Assembly: GCA_043750125.1 (NCBI GenBank)
Contig: JAYVCD010000022.1
Location: 1 to 11,440, forward strand
Direction of reading: 5' to 3'
Source of the DNA: Archangiaceae bacterium
GTDB taxonomy: Bacteria; Myxococcota; Myxococcia; Myxococcales; Myxococcaceae
Length of the DNA: 11,440 nucleotides
Positions 1 to 7,782 of this stretch are shown one piece after another (position 1 is the first letter of the stretch; each line of letters begins with the position of its first letter). The notes beneath the pieces are model-generated. The model ran no database searches. It saw only the letters and a program-made list of their open reading frames with translations, and was not told where the DNA came from. The position numbers were made by a program, and so were the translations under genes.

Positions 1-1
1 C

Positions 2-406
2 CAGAGCTACATGCGCGTCGAGCAGCACATGACGACCGACCTGTTCACGGTGCACGCCGACGACGCGGTCGACCTGGTGGCCAACCTGATGGGCTGGGAA
101 CGGATTCGCCACGTCCCGGTCGAGGACCAGGATCACAAGTTGATTGGCCTGGTGTCCTACCGTTCGGTGCTGCGCTTCCTCACCAAGGGCGGGGCGACCA
201 AAGACGCGTCGGTGTCGGAAATCATGAAGTCCGAGGTGATTACCGTCACCCCCGAGACGCCGACCCTCGAGGCCATTCAGCTGATGCGCCGCTACCGGAT
301 CGGCTGCCTGCCCGTTCTGCACCAGGGGCGGTTGGTGGGGGTCGTCACCGAAGAGAACTTCGTCAAGATTTCCAGCGACTTGCTCGAGCAGAAGCTCAAA
401 GGCTGA
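2..406 (+). CDS. CBS-domain (tandem pair) protein, 5'-partial; probably the C-terminal part of a larger protein
   Basis: Frame is open from the window edge (CAG AGC TAC ATG...). Two CBS repeats: VEQHMTTDLFTV...IRHVPVED...LIGLVS and VSEIMKSEVITV...IGCLPVL...LVGVVT. TGA at 404-406. Confidence 0.9.
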   Translation, partial: QSYMRVEQHMTTDLFTVHADDAVDLVANLMGWERIRHVPVEDQDHKLIGLVSYRSVLRFLTKGGATKDASVSEIMKSEVITVTPETPTLEAIQLMRRYRIGCLPVLHQGRLVGVVTEENFVKISSDLLEQKLKG

Positions 407-415
407 ACTCAAGCT

Positions 416-1630
416 CTACCCGCCGGCAAACAGCGTGATGTCGGTCGCCGCGGCAAACGACATCCGGTGCGCTTCGTCCCAGTCGGGGTGACGCACCATC
501 AGGTGTCCATCGGACAGCAGCGTGTTCTTCCAGTTGCGGCGCTGGGTCCCGGGGCGAAGCAGCTGCTCTTCGACGACCCAATCGCCGTAGCGCTTGAGGT
601 AATCGCCCAGGCCGGTGATGCGGGTGATTTTTCCTTCGCCGATCGCGCGCTTGAAGATGATGCCTGCGTTGTATTTGCGCTCGGTCGGCCCTTCGAACGC
701 GTGCCAGCAGACGACCCGGGCCCACTCGCGAAAGAGGTCCAGGTCGCCGGTGTAGTTCATCTGATCCACGAGGTGCGCTCCGCCGGGCCGGCAGCCGATC
801 TCGCCGAACACCGCTTCGCCCCGGGGGGTGAGAAACCATTCCATGTGGGTGAAGCCATCGCCCATCTGCAGGGCCTTGAGCACTTTGCGCCCGAGCTGAA
901 TCCCCTGCCGCTGGCGGGTCAGATCTCGCACCGTGATGATCACCGGGCTGATCCATTCGTTGCTGCGGGCGATCAACGGCGGCGGAAGGTAGGCGGCGCA
1001 GTTCTCGTACAGCGGGGTCCCGGCGACGCACAAGGTGTCGTAGGTAAATTCCTCGCCCTCGATGAACTCTTCGCAGCTGGCCTCTGAAATGTGGCGCATC
1101 ACCTTCAGCACCGATTCGAGCTCTGCTTGCGAGGAAACTTTGTAGGTGTCCGCGCTGCCGGCACCCGAGATGGGCTTCAAGATCAGAGGGAACCCGATCT
1201 TCTCGGCAGCAGCCCGGGTCTCGGTCTCGGTGCGGATGCGAAACGAGTGCGGCACGCGCAGCCCGGCCGCCTTCACCCGTTCTTTCATCAGCTGCTTGTC
1301 GCGAAAACCGTTCACCTGGTCGACGCTCATTCCCGGAATGCCGAAGCGCTCGCGCAGGCGCGCAGCGAGGATCACCAGCGGTTCCCAGTTGCTGATGATT
1401 CGGTCGACGCGCTTGCCGCGAAGCCAGCCCGAGAGTCGTTCGATCACGTCTTCTTCGTCCATGATCCGCGGCACCTGAAGGTAATCGGCCAGGTGGGGCT
1501 TGAGCGAAGCGGGCAGTGCTCCGCGGGGGGCATCTCCGACTCCGAAGACGTTGGCGCCGACTTCGGCGAGGCCACGGGTGTACTGCTGCATTTCAGGAGG
1601 GTATTGGGGGGCGAGGAAGACGACGTTCAT
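416..1630 (-). CDS. ATP-grasp domain protein (carboxylate-amine / L-amino acid ligase-like), paralog A, 404 aa
   Basis: Motifs FRDKQLMK, GFPLILKPISGAGS, CEEFIEGEE, GFTHMEWF, GEIGCRPGG. Start placed at ATG 1630 (MNVVFLAPQYP) because it aligns with the N-terminus of paralog B and avoids overlapping it. Confidence 0.92.
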   Translation of the reverse strand: MNVVFLAPQYPPEMQQYTRGLAEVGANVFGVGDAPRGALPASLKPHLADYLQVPRIMDEEDVIERLSGWLRGKRVDRIISNWEPLVILAARLRERFGIPGMSVDQVNGFRDKQLMKERVKAAGLRVPHSFRIRTETETRAAAEKIGFPLILKPISGAGSADTYKVSSQAELESVLKVMRHISEASCEEFIEGEEFTYDTLCVAGTPLYENCAAYLPPPLIARSNEWISPVIITVRDLTRQRQGIQLGRKVLKALQMGDGFTHMEWFLTPRGEAVFGEIGCRPGGAHLVDQMNYTGDLDLFREWARVVCWHAFEGPTERKYNAGIIFKRAIGEGKITRITGLGDYLKRYGDWVVEEQLLRPGTQRRNWKNTLLSDGHLMVRHPDWDEAHRMSFAAATDITLFAGG

Positions 1631-1673
1631 AGGCGCGGCAGCATAGTGGCGATGCGTGCTAGTCCCGATGCTC

Positions 1674-2885
1674 ATGCGAACCGTCGTCTTCGTTGCCCCC
1701 TACCCCGCCGAAGCCAGCATGCGTTTTGCCCGTTCCTACGCCGAGCTCAACGGCGTCCGGGTGATTGGCCTGGTCCAGAAAGAGCCGCGCGGAGCCGCAG
1801 CAGAGCCCTTCACCGACTTCGTCCACGTCACCGACGCCTTCGATGTAAAGCAGCTGATTGGAGCGACCGAAAAGGTCCGCAAGAAGTACGGCGGGCTCCA
1901 CCAGGTGCTGGGCGTGCTCGAGCCGCTGCAGGTGCCGCTGGCCGAGGTTCGCGAGCACTTCGGGATTCCCGGCACCGACCCGAAGACCGCCGATTTGTTT
2001 CGCGACAAGGCGCGAATGAAAGACGCGCTGCGCGAGCAGGGTCTGCCCTGTGCTCGGCACCAGCTGGTCACCTGCCTCGCCGATGCGGTCGCCTTCATTC
2101 AGCGCGTCGGCCTGCCGATCATCCTCAAGCCGCCTGCGGGCGCGGGGTGCAAGGCGACGTGGCGCATTCGCACCCTCGAAGAGCTGCAGGGAGCGATCGA
2201 AGCCGTTCACCCTTCGCCGCAGAACCCCACGCTGGCCGAAGAGTTTCTCAAGGGCCGCGAGTACTGCTTCGACACCATCACCTTGAAGGGGAAGGTGATG
2301 TTCGAGAACGTGTCGCGTTATTTCCCTGGGCCGCTCGAGGTGACCGAAAACGCGTGGATTCAGTGGGCGGTGGTGCTGCCGCGCGAGCTGACTCCGGACC
2401 TCGACGATGCGCGCCTGATGGGGCGCAAGGCGATCAAGGCGCTCGGGCTGGGCACCGGCTTCACCCACATGGAATGGTTTCGCCGCGAAGACGGGTCGTT
2501 GGCGATTGGGGAGATTGCCGCGCGGCCTCCGGGAGCCAACTTCGTCGAGATGATGGGCTGGGCCCACGACACCGACATGTACAAAGTCTGGGCGCGCGCG
2601 GTGGCGGACAACGCGTTCGACGGCCCGTTCGAGCGGCGCTATTCGGTGGGCTGTGCGTACCTGCGCGGAATCGGAAGCGGGCGGGTGCGGCGGGTGACCG
2701 GAGTCAAAGAGGCCAACGAAAAAGTCGGCAAGCTGGCGGTGAAGTCGAGGTTGCCCAAACCCGGCCAGCCGAAGTCCGACCACTACGAAGGCGATGGGTA
2801 CGTCATCGTCCGGCATCCCGACACCGAGGTGGTGAAGGCCGCGGTGAAGACCATCGTCGAGACCATTCACATCGAGTACGCGTGA
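1674..2885 (+). CDS. ATP-grasp domain protein (carboxylate-amine / L-amino acid ligase-like), paralog B
   Basis: Motifs FRDKARMK, GLPIILKPPAGAGC, AEEFLKGRE, GFTHMEWF, GEIAARPPG. Start ATG 1674 (MRTVVFVAPYP); ATG 1668 is an alternative. TGA 2883-2885. Confidence 0.92.
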   Translation: MRTVVFVAPYPAEASMRFARSYAELNGVRVIGLVQKEPRGAAAEPFTDFVHVTDAFDVKQLIGATEKVRKKYGGLHQVLGVLEPLQVPLAEVREHFGIPGTDPKTADLFRDKARMKDALREQGLPCARHQLVTCLADAVAFIQRVGLPIILKPPAGAGCKATWRIRTLEELQGAIEAVHPSPQNPTLAEEFLKGREYCFDTITLKGKVMFENVSRYFPGPLEVTENAWIQWAVVLPRELTPDLDDARLMGRKAIKALGLGTGFTHMEWFRREDGSLAIGEIAARPPGANFVEMMGWAHDTDMYKVWARAVADNAFDGPFERRYSVGCAYLRGIGSGRVRRVTGVKEANEKVGKLAVKSRLPKPGQPKSDHYEGDGYVIVRHPDTEVVKAAVKTIVETIHIEYA

Positions 2886-3808
2886 TGATCGACATCGCCA
2901 GCACGCTCAGCTCAGTGGAGGGCGTTTGCGACATCGAGGTTCACCGGCCAACCCAGGCGCTGAAGGGTTGGCTGCTGATCGAAGTGCCGCACGGAGCGAC
3001 GCGGAAATCAGACTACGACCTGCTCGCGGCGCGGCTGAAGAGCGTGTTGCCTGCGCAGCTCGACCACTTCTTCTTCGTCAACACCGACACCGGCGCGCCC
3101 GAAGCCGCGCATTGCCTGGGAAGACTGCTTTCGGCCCAGGGCTTTGGGGTCGTCGTCGCGCGATGCCTGATTCCACGGACGTTCATCGACACCAACCGGG
3201 TGATTGCGAAGTCCGCCGGAGGAAAGCTCGTCGATGGGATGACCCCCGCGGTCCCCGGCTACGTCAACGACGCGGGAGACGTCTCGATGTTGATCGTGAT
3301 GCACAGCGTCTACCACGCGGTCGTCAGCGCGGCGTACGTGAGCGTCTGCACCAGGGCGAAGGGCCTCGCGCTTCAGCTTCATTCGTTTGCGCCCCGCTCG
3401 GTGAACATCGAGCAGACCGATGCCGGAATCGTCGAAGCGCTGCACCAAGCCTACGTGCCCGAGGTCTATGAAAAATGGCCGCAGCGGCCGGCGGTCGATT
3501 TGATCTCTGCGACTCCTGACGGGAGCTTCAAGTCGGCGCCCCACCTCGTCACCGCGCTGCGGGCGGCGTACCTCGAGGCGGGAATCGAGGCCGAAGAGAA
3601 CGCGACCTACCACCTTCACCCCGCGACGATGGGGCTGGCCTACGCCCGTGCCCACCCGGACCAGGTGCTGTGCGTCGAGCTCAACCGCGGGCTGATTTCA
3701 GACCCCTTCATTCCCTTCGCGCCCTCGCCGATCAGCTCGGAGAAGGTCGAGCGGTTGACGGCTCCGATTGCTCGGGTCCTGGCCGACGCGTTGGGTCAGC
3801 GCGCCTAA
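2885..3808 (+). CDS. N-formylglutamate amidohydrolase-like Zn-dependent hydrolase, 307 aa
   Basis: TGATG overlap with the upstream ATP-grasp stop. Motifs IEVPHG, PRTFIDTNR, LQLHSF, VELNR match the FGase pattern (PH-G, R..D.NR, HS, E..R). Only this 3' part of the 905-aa track ORF looks real. Confidence 0.8.
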   Translation: MIDIASTLSSVEGVCDIEVHRPTQALKGWLLIEVPHGATRKSDYDLLAARLKSVLPAQLDHFFFVNTDTGAPEAAHCLGRLLSAQGFGVVVARCLIPRTFIDTNRVIAKSAGGKLVDGMTPAVPGYVNDAGDVSMLIVMHSVYHAVVSAAYVSVCTRAKGLALQLHSFAPRSVNIEQTDAGIVEALHQAYVPEVYEKWPQRPAVDLISATPDGSFKSAPHLVTALRAAYLEAGIEAEENATYHLHPATMGLAYARAHPDQVLCVELNRGLISDPFIPFAPSPISSEKVERLTAPIARVLADALGQRA

Positions 3809-3809
3809 G

Positions 3810-4229
3810 TCATTTCTTCTTCGCCGACCGTTTGGGGGCCGGAGCTTCGAGCTCTTCGACCCGACTGCGCAGCCGCTTCACCTCGGCGGAAAGCTGGGCA
3901 TAGGAATCGCGCACGTGACCGTTGAAGACGTGCTGCCGACCCAGGGCTTCGTTGATGAAGATCTGGCAGCTGGTGCGAAAGGCCCACTTTGCCAGCAGCA
4001 CGGCCCGCCCTCCGACGCCGCCCCGGTGGGTCTCAATCGGCAAGGCGCGGGTGGGATCGCTGTGCTCTGCCAGCGCGTCGAGGTTGAACGCCAGCGGATC
4101 CACGCTCGGCTCGCTGCCGTCCATTCGAATCGGGCCTTCCAGGGGCGAATCGAGCCCGCGCGCGACCAGGCGCTCTGAGATTTGCTTCATCAGCACCGAC
4201 GCCGAGATGTCTTTTCCGAGCAGTTTCAC
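3810..4229 (-). CDS. Hypothetical protein (139 aa) with C-terminal coiled coil, coupled to the glycosyltransferase gene
   Basis: GTG start overlaps the upstream TGA (GTGA, 4229-4226). RQHVFN segment, heptad-like YAQLSAEVKRLRSRVEELE, then a basic tail. Confidence 0.75.
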   Translation of the reverse strand: MKLLGKDISASVLMKQISERLVARGLDSPLEGPIRMDGSEPSVDPLAFNLDALAEHSDPTRALPIETHRGGVGGRAVLLAKWAFRTSCQIFINEALGRQHVFNGHVRDSYAQLSAEVKRLRSRVEELEAPAPKRSAKKK

Positions 4230-6496
4230 GAAGAGGAGCCCTTCTGGATGCGGGCAATCTCAGCCCGGAAAGCGGCTACCACCTTCGGCCATCGAAAGGC
4301 GCGCGCGTACTTCAAGGCGTTGTCGCGCAGCGAGCTCTGACCCAGGGTCCGCACCGCTTGGAGGTAGCTTTCGGTCGAGTGCCAGGTCGCTCCGGCGCCA
4401 CTGCGTTCGACGTGACCTTGCAGCACGCTCGAATCGGCATTGGCGAGCAGCGGCGTTCCGACCGAAAAGGCCTCGAGCGCGAGCAGGGACAGACTCTCGA
4501 ACCGGGAAGGAGCGACGGCCGCCATGGCTCCGGCCAGCCCGTTCCACTTGTCCTCTTCGCTGATTCGCCCCAGCACGCGCACGTGATCGCCCTGAACATC
4601 CAGAGCGCCGCCGCCCGCGAGCACCAACGTCGGCGCATCGTGAAAGTCGTTCACCAACGCGCGGTGGTGCTTGAGCAGCGCGTCGAGTCCCTTCCCCGCT
4701 TCCTGCCGACCCACGTACAGAAGGTAGGGGCCGCGCAGCCCGTGCTTCTGGGCAAACGCATCAGGGTCGAGCTTCTTCGGAGGCTCGACTCCCACCCCGA
4801 CGATTCAAACGCGCGCGGCCTGGGGGTAGCGCTGTTGAATCAGCTGGCGCTCTTCGGGGGTGTTGCACATCAGCACCCGCGGACGCTCGAACACGTCGCT
4901 AAAGGCGTCGAAGCGAAAGGGCGGCTCGTCGTGCGCGGTCGGAACCACGAGGGCCTTGTGCGCGACCAGCGGCACGCCCCACGCGGTGGGCAGGTAGAGG
5001 TAGGTGAAAAAAATGAAAGCGTCGTAGTGATCGCGGTTCGAGGCCAGGTGGGCCAACAACTCGGGAACCCGCGGCCCCTGCTCGGCCAGCCAGTGCTCTT
5101 CGGTGACGCGATCATTGCCGTGGTTCAACACCGCGTCCGACAACCGATTGAAGCTGCGCATCTGCCGCGGCGCCTCAGTCGCAAACCGATGCACGGTCAG
5201 CGGGCCGTCGTCTTCGATTCCCTCGGGCAGCGCGTTCGCCCAGGTCAGGTGGTCCGTCGCGCAGGTGGTGAGCACGGTGAGGTCGAGGTGGGGCGCGAGC
5301 TTGAGGGCGAGCTGCCGAGCGTGAGCTTCTGCTCCTCCGGTGATTTCGCTGCCGAACCGCTGGACCACGATCGCGACCTTTGGAGCCCGCCGCCGCCCTT
5401 CCCTCGACTGCTCTCGGGATGAACGGAGCGAGTGCTCTCGGGATGAACTGGGTGAGTCGAGCGTTTCGAGCGCCCGCGCAAGGGCCTGCTCGCTCGCCAG
5501 GGCAGACAGCTCGGTGAGGCGCTGCTGCTGACCTTCGACGATCTTCCGCCGCAGCACATCGTCTTCGGTGACGGTGATGACGAGCTCGGCGAGCGCTGCG
5601 AAGTGTTTGGTGTCGAAGACGATTCCGGCCCCGCCCATCGTCCCCGGAACCGCGGCTGCGCCGAACGCCAGCACCGGAAGGTCCGCCGCCATCGCTTCGA
5701 GCAGCGGCACCCCGAAGCCCTCGTGCTCACTCATCGAGACGTAGACATCGGCCTTGCGGTACGCGGCGACGAGTTCTCCGTGTGACACCTTGCCCAGGAA
5801 CTCGACCCGGCCCAGGGCCTCGGCCCGGGCGGCGAGCTGCCTAAACGCCCGCTGTCCGGGCGCGAAGTCTCCAATCACCACCAGCCGCGCCGTGGGGCGA
5901 AGTCGCAACAGCTCGGCGTGCAACCCGAGCAGATCTTCCACCCGCTTGTGCGGCACGACCCGACTGACCGACAGCACCATCGGCGCACCCGAGTTCAGCT
6001 GGTTGGTCATCACCGGATCAATGCGCTCAGGGTCAAAGCGGGTCGGCTCGATGAACAACGGAACCACCTGCACGTTGCGGTGACCCGATTGACGCAACTC
6101 GAGGGCGTTGAGCTCCGAGACCCCAATCGACAAGTCCATCGCCGCGGCGAGGGCGGTCAGCTGGGCTCGACCCGAGCGCAGCGGCTCTTCGAGGCGCGTG
6201 CCGACGTAAAAGCGAGCCGGAGTGACGTTGTGGAAAACGACTCCCAACCGGCAGTCGTAATGCAGCAACCGCCCCGCCCACGATGAAGCGATGCCGTGGT
6301 GGTAGAGCACCAGCGCGGCGCGGGCCGGTTGCAGCTGCGAGGCTGGCTTGACCAGCGACTCGAATCCTGCCGCAACTTCGCCGGCGTAAAGCTGTCCGAA
6401 ATGGCCGAGCCGCCGAAGCAGCGCCTGAAACCCAACGGCCGCCTGGCCCATCGCATCGCCGGGCGAGAAGTTGGCAATGAGCTGATGCACTTCCAT
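4226..6496 (-). pseudogene. Double GT4 (GT-B fold) glycosyltransferase, ~756 codons, interrupted by one in-frame TGA at 4807-4805 (nonsense mutation, split gene, readthrough or sequencing error)
   Basis: Track ORFs 4805..6496 and 4226..4795 share a frame: ...CGC GTT TGA ATC GTC GGG GTG GGA GTC GAG (RV*IVGVGVE). Domain 1 has SEHEGFGVPLLEAM. Domain 2 starts at KVAIVVQRFG...GGAE and its E-X7-E motif SRFESLSLLALEAF lies after the stop. Domain 1 is intact in the 563-aa product. Confidence 0.8.
5400..5448. repeat. 16-nt direct repeat (TGCTCTCGGGATGAAC x2, period 24), part of a REP-like element in the GT4 inter-domain linker
   Basis: Exact copies at 5409-5424 and 5433-5448. The minus strand reads GTTCATCCCGAGAGCAGTCGAGGGA. 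Confidence 0.7.
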
Positions 6497-6701
6497 CTCG
6501 AGCGGTACTACCGCGTCGAGCGGGCCCCGTCAGCCGTTGACGCGCGTCTCGGCGCAGCGCGCCTGGATGAAAGAACCATCGAAGGTGTCGAGCACGCCCA
6601 ACAGCAGCTCGGTGCTCGAAGAATCGAGGCGCGCACCATCGATCCACTGCCGACCGTCTTTCAAGGGGGGCCGATGTAGGCGAAGCGCCTATAAGCCGAC
6701 C

Positions 6702-7772
6702 GTGCGCATCGCCCTCGACGCTTCACTGTGGGACGAGCCAACGACCGGCATTGGGCTCTACACCCGCTCGCTCTATGGGGCGCTGAAGTCGCTGGGCACC
6801 TCGGTCGACCGGTGGGGAGCCCGGCGATCCGGAGAGCAGCCCCGGCGTTCCCTCTCGCGCACCCGCTTCTTCCTCGACCAGGTGCCGCGCCTGCTCGAGC
6901 GCGAGCGGCCCGACGTCTTTCACGCCGTGAGCAACTTCAACCTTCCTCTTCAGAAGGTTCAGGGGGTGCGCCTGGTGTTGACGGTGCACGACCTGATTCC
7001 GCTGCTCTTGCCCCACACGGTGTCCGCGGCGTTTCGCTGGCAGTTTCGGCTCTGGTTGTCGCGAAGCCTGAAGGTCGCCGACGCGGTGGTGTGCGTGAGC
7101 GAGACGACTCGGTCGAGCCTGCTCGAACGCTTCGAGGTCGACCCGGCCAAAGTGCACACCGTTCACAACGGAGTCGATCACGTCGATCGCGTCCCCCCGC
7201 CCGATCGCACCACCGTGCAGTACCTCGATGCGCTGGGCCTGCCCCCGTCGTTCTTCCTCTACGCGGGCGCCCTCGATGCCCGCAAGAATGTCGGCCTGGT
7301 GCTGGCTGCGTGTGCGCGGCTGCGGCGCGAAGGCCGCAACCCCACCCTGGTTCTCGCCGGGCAGCGCTGGTTCGGCAGCGATGGAATCGACAACGAGATT
7401 GTGAAGGCCAGGCACGCGGGCCTCGACGTGCGAGCGCTCGGCTACCTGGCCGACCCGGTCTTCTACGCGCTGATGAAGCGGGCCCACGTCTTCGTCTTTC
7501 CCTCGGCCTACGAAGGGTTCGGACTTCCACCGCTCGAAGCAATGCGGTTGGGGGTGCCCACGATTGTCTCGACCGGGGGCGCGCTGCCCGAGGTGTGCGG
7601 CGCGGGAGCGATGCAGGTGGATCCTCAGGACGAAGGAGCGCTCGCGTCCGCGCTGGCCCAGCTGCTCGACGACCCCTACGCGCGGCAGCAACTGGCGCAG
7701 CGGGGGAAAGAGCGCGCGGCCGGGTTCAGTTGGGATCAGACCGCGCGAAAAGTGCTCGGGCTCTACGGGTGA
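6702..7772 (+). CDS. GT4 family glycosyltransferase (group 1, mannosyltransferase-like), 356 aa
   Basis: GTG 6702 gives the typical MRIALDA...TGIGLY N-terminus. Also VLTVHDLIP, VHNGVD, YAGALDARKN and FPSAYEGFGLPPLEAM (E-X7-E). Confidence 0.93.
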   Translation: MRIALDASLWDEPTTGIGLYTRSLYGALKSLGTSVDRWGARRSGEQPRRSLSRTRFFLDQVPRLLERERPDVFHAVSNFNLPLQKVQGVRLVLTVHDLIPLLLPHTVSAAFRWQFRLWLSRSLKVADAVVCVSETTRSSLLERFEVDPAKVHTVHNGVDHVDRVPPPDRTTVQYLDALGLPPSFFLYAGALDARKNVGLVLAACARLRREGRNPTLVLAGQRWFGSDGIDNEIVKARHAGLDVRALGYLADPVFYALMKRAHVFVFPSAYEGFGLPPLEAMRLGVPTIVSTGGALPEVCGAGAMQVDPQDEGALASALAQLLDDPYARQQLAQRGKERAAGFSWDQTARKVLGLYG

Positions 7773-7782
7773 AGCGCTGTGT

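Noticed and set aside
1091-2884. 5' two-thirds of the 905-aa track ORF 1091..3808
   Set aside because: It overlaps both ATP-grasp genes (antisense, then alternate frame) and is Arg/Ala/Gly-rich junk. Only 2885..3808 carries recognisable motifs.
2885-3808. Assigning hutG
   Set aside because: Only fold-level motifs match, and no histidine utilisation genes are in the window.
5007-5013. A7 homopolymer in the double GT4 as a phase-variation tract
   Set aside because: Short, in frame, and explained by the Ile-Phe-Phe codons.
5409-5448. Direct repeat as a CRISPR array
   Set aside because: Only two 16-nt copies with an 8-nt gap, inside a CDS, and no cas genes in the window.
6537-6701. 55-aa N-terminal extension of the plus-strand GT4
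   Set aside because: The typical GT4 N-terminus (MRIALDA) begins at GTG 6702.
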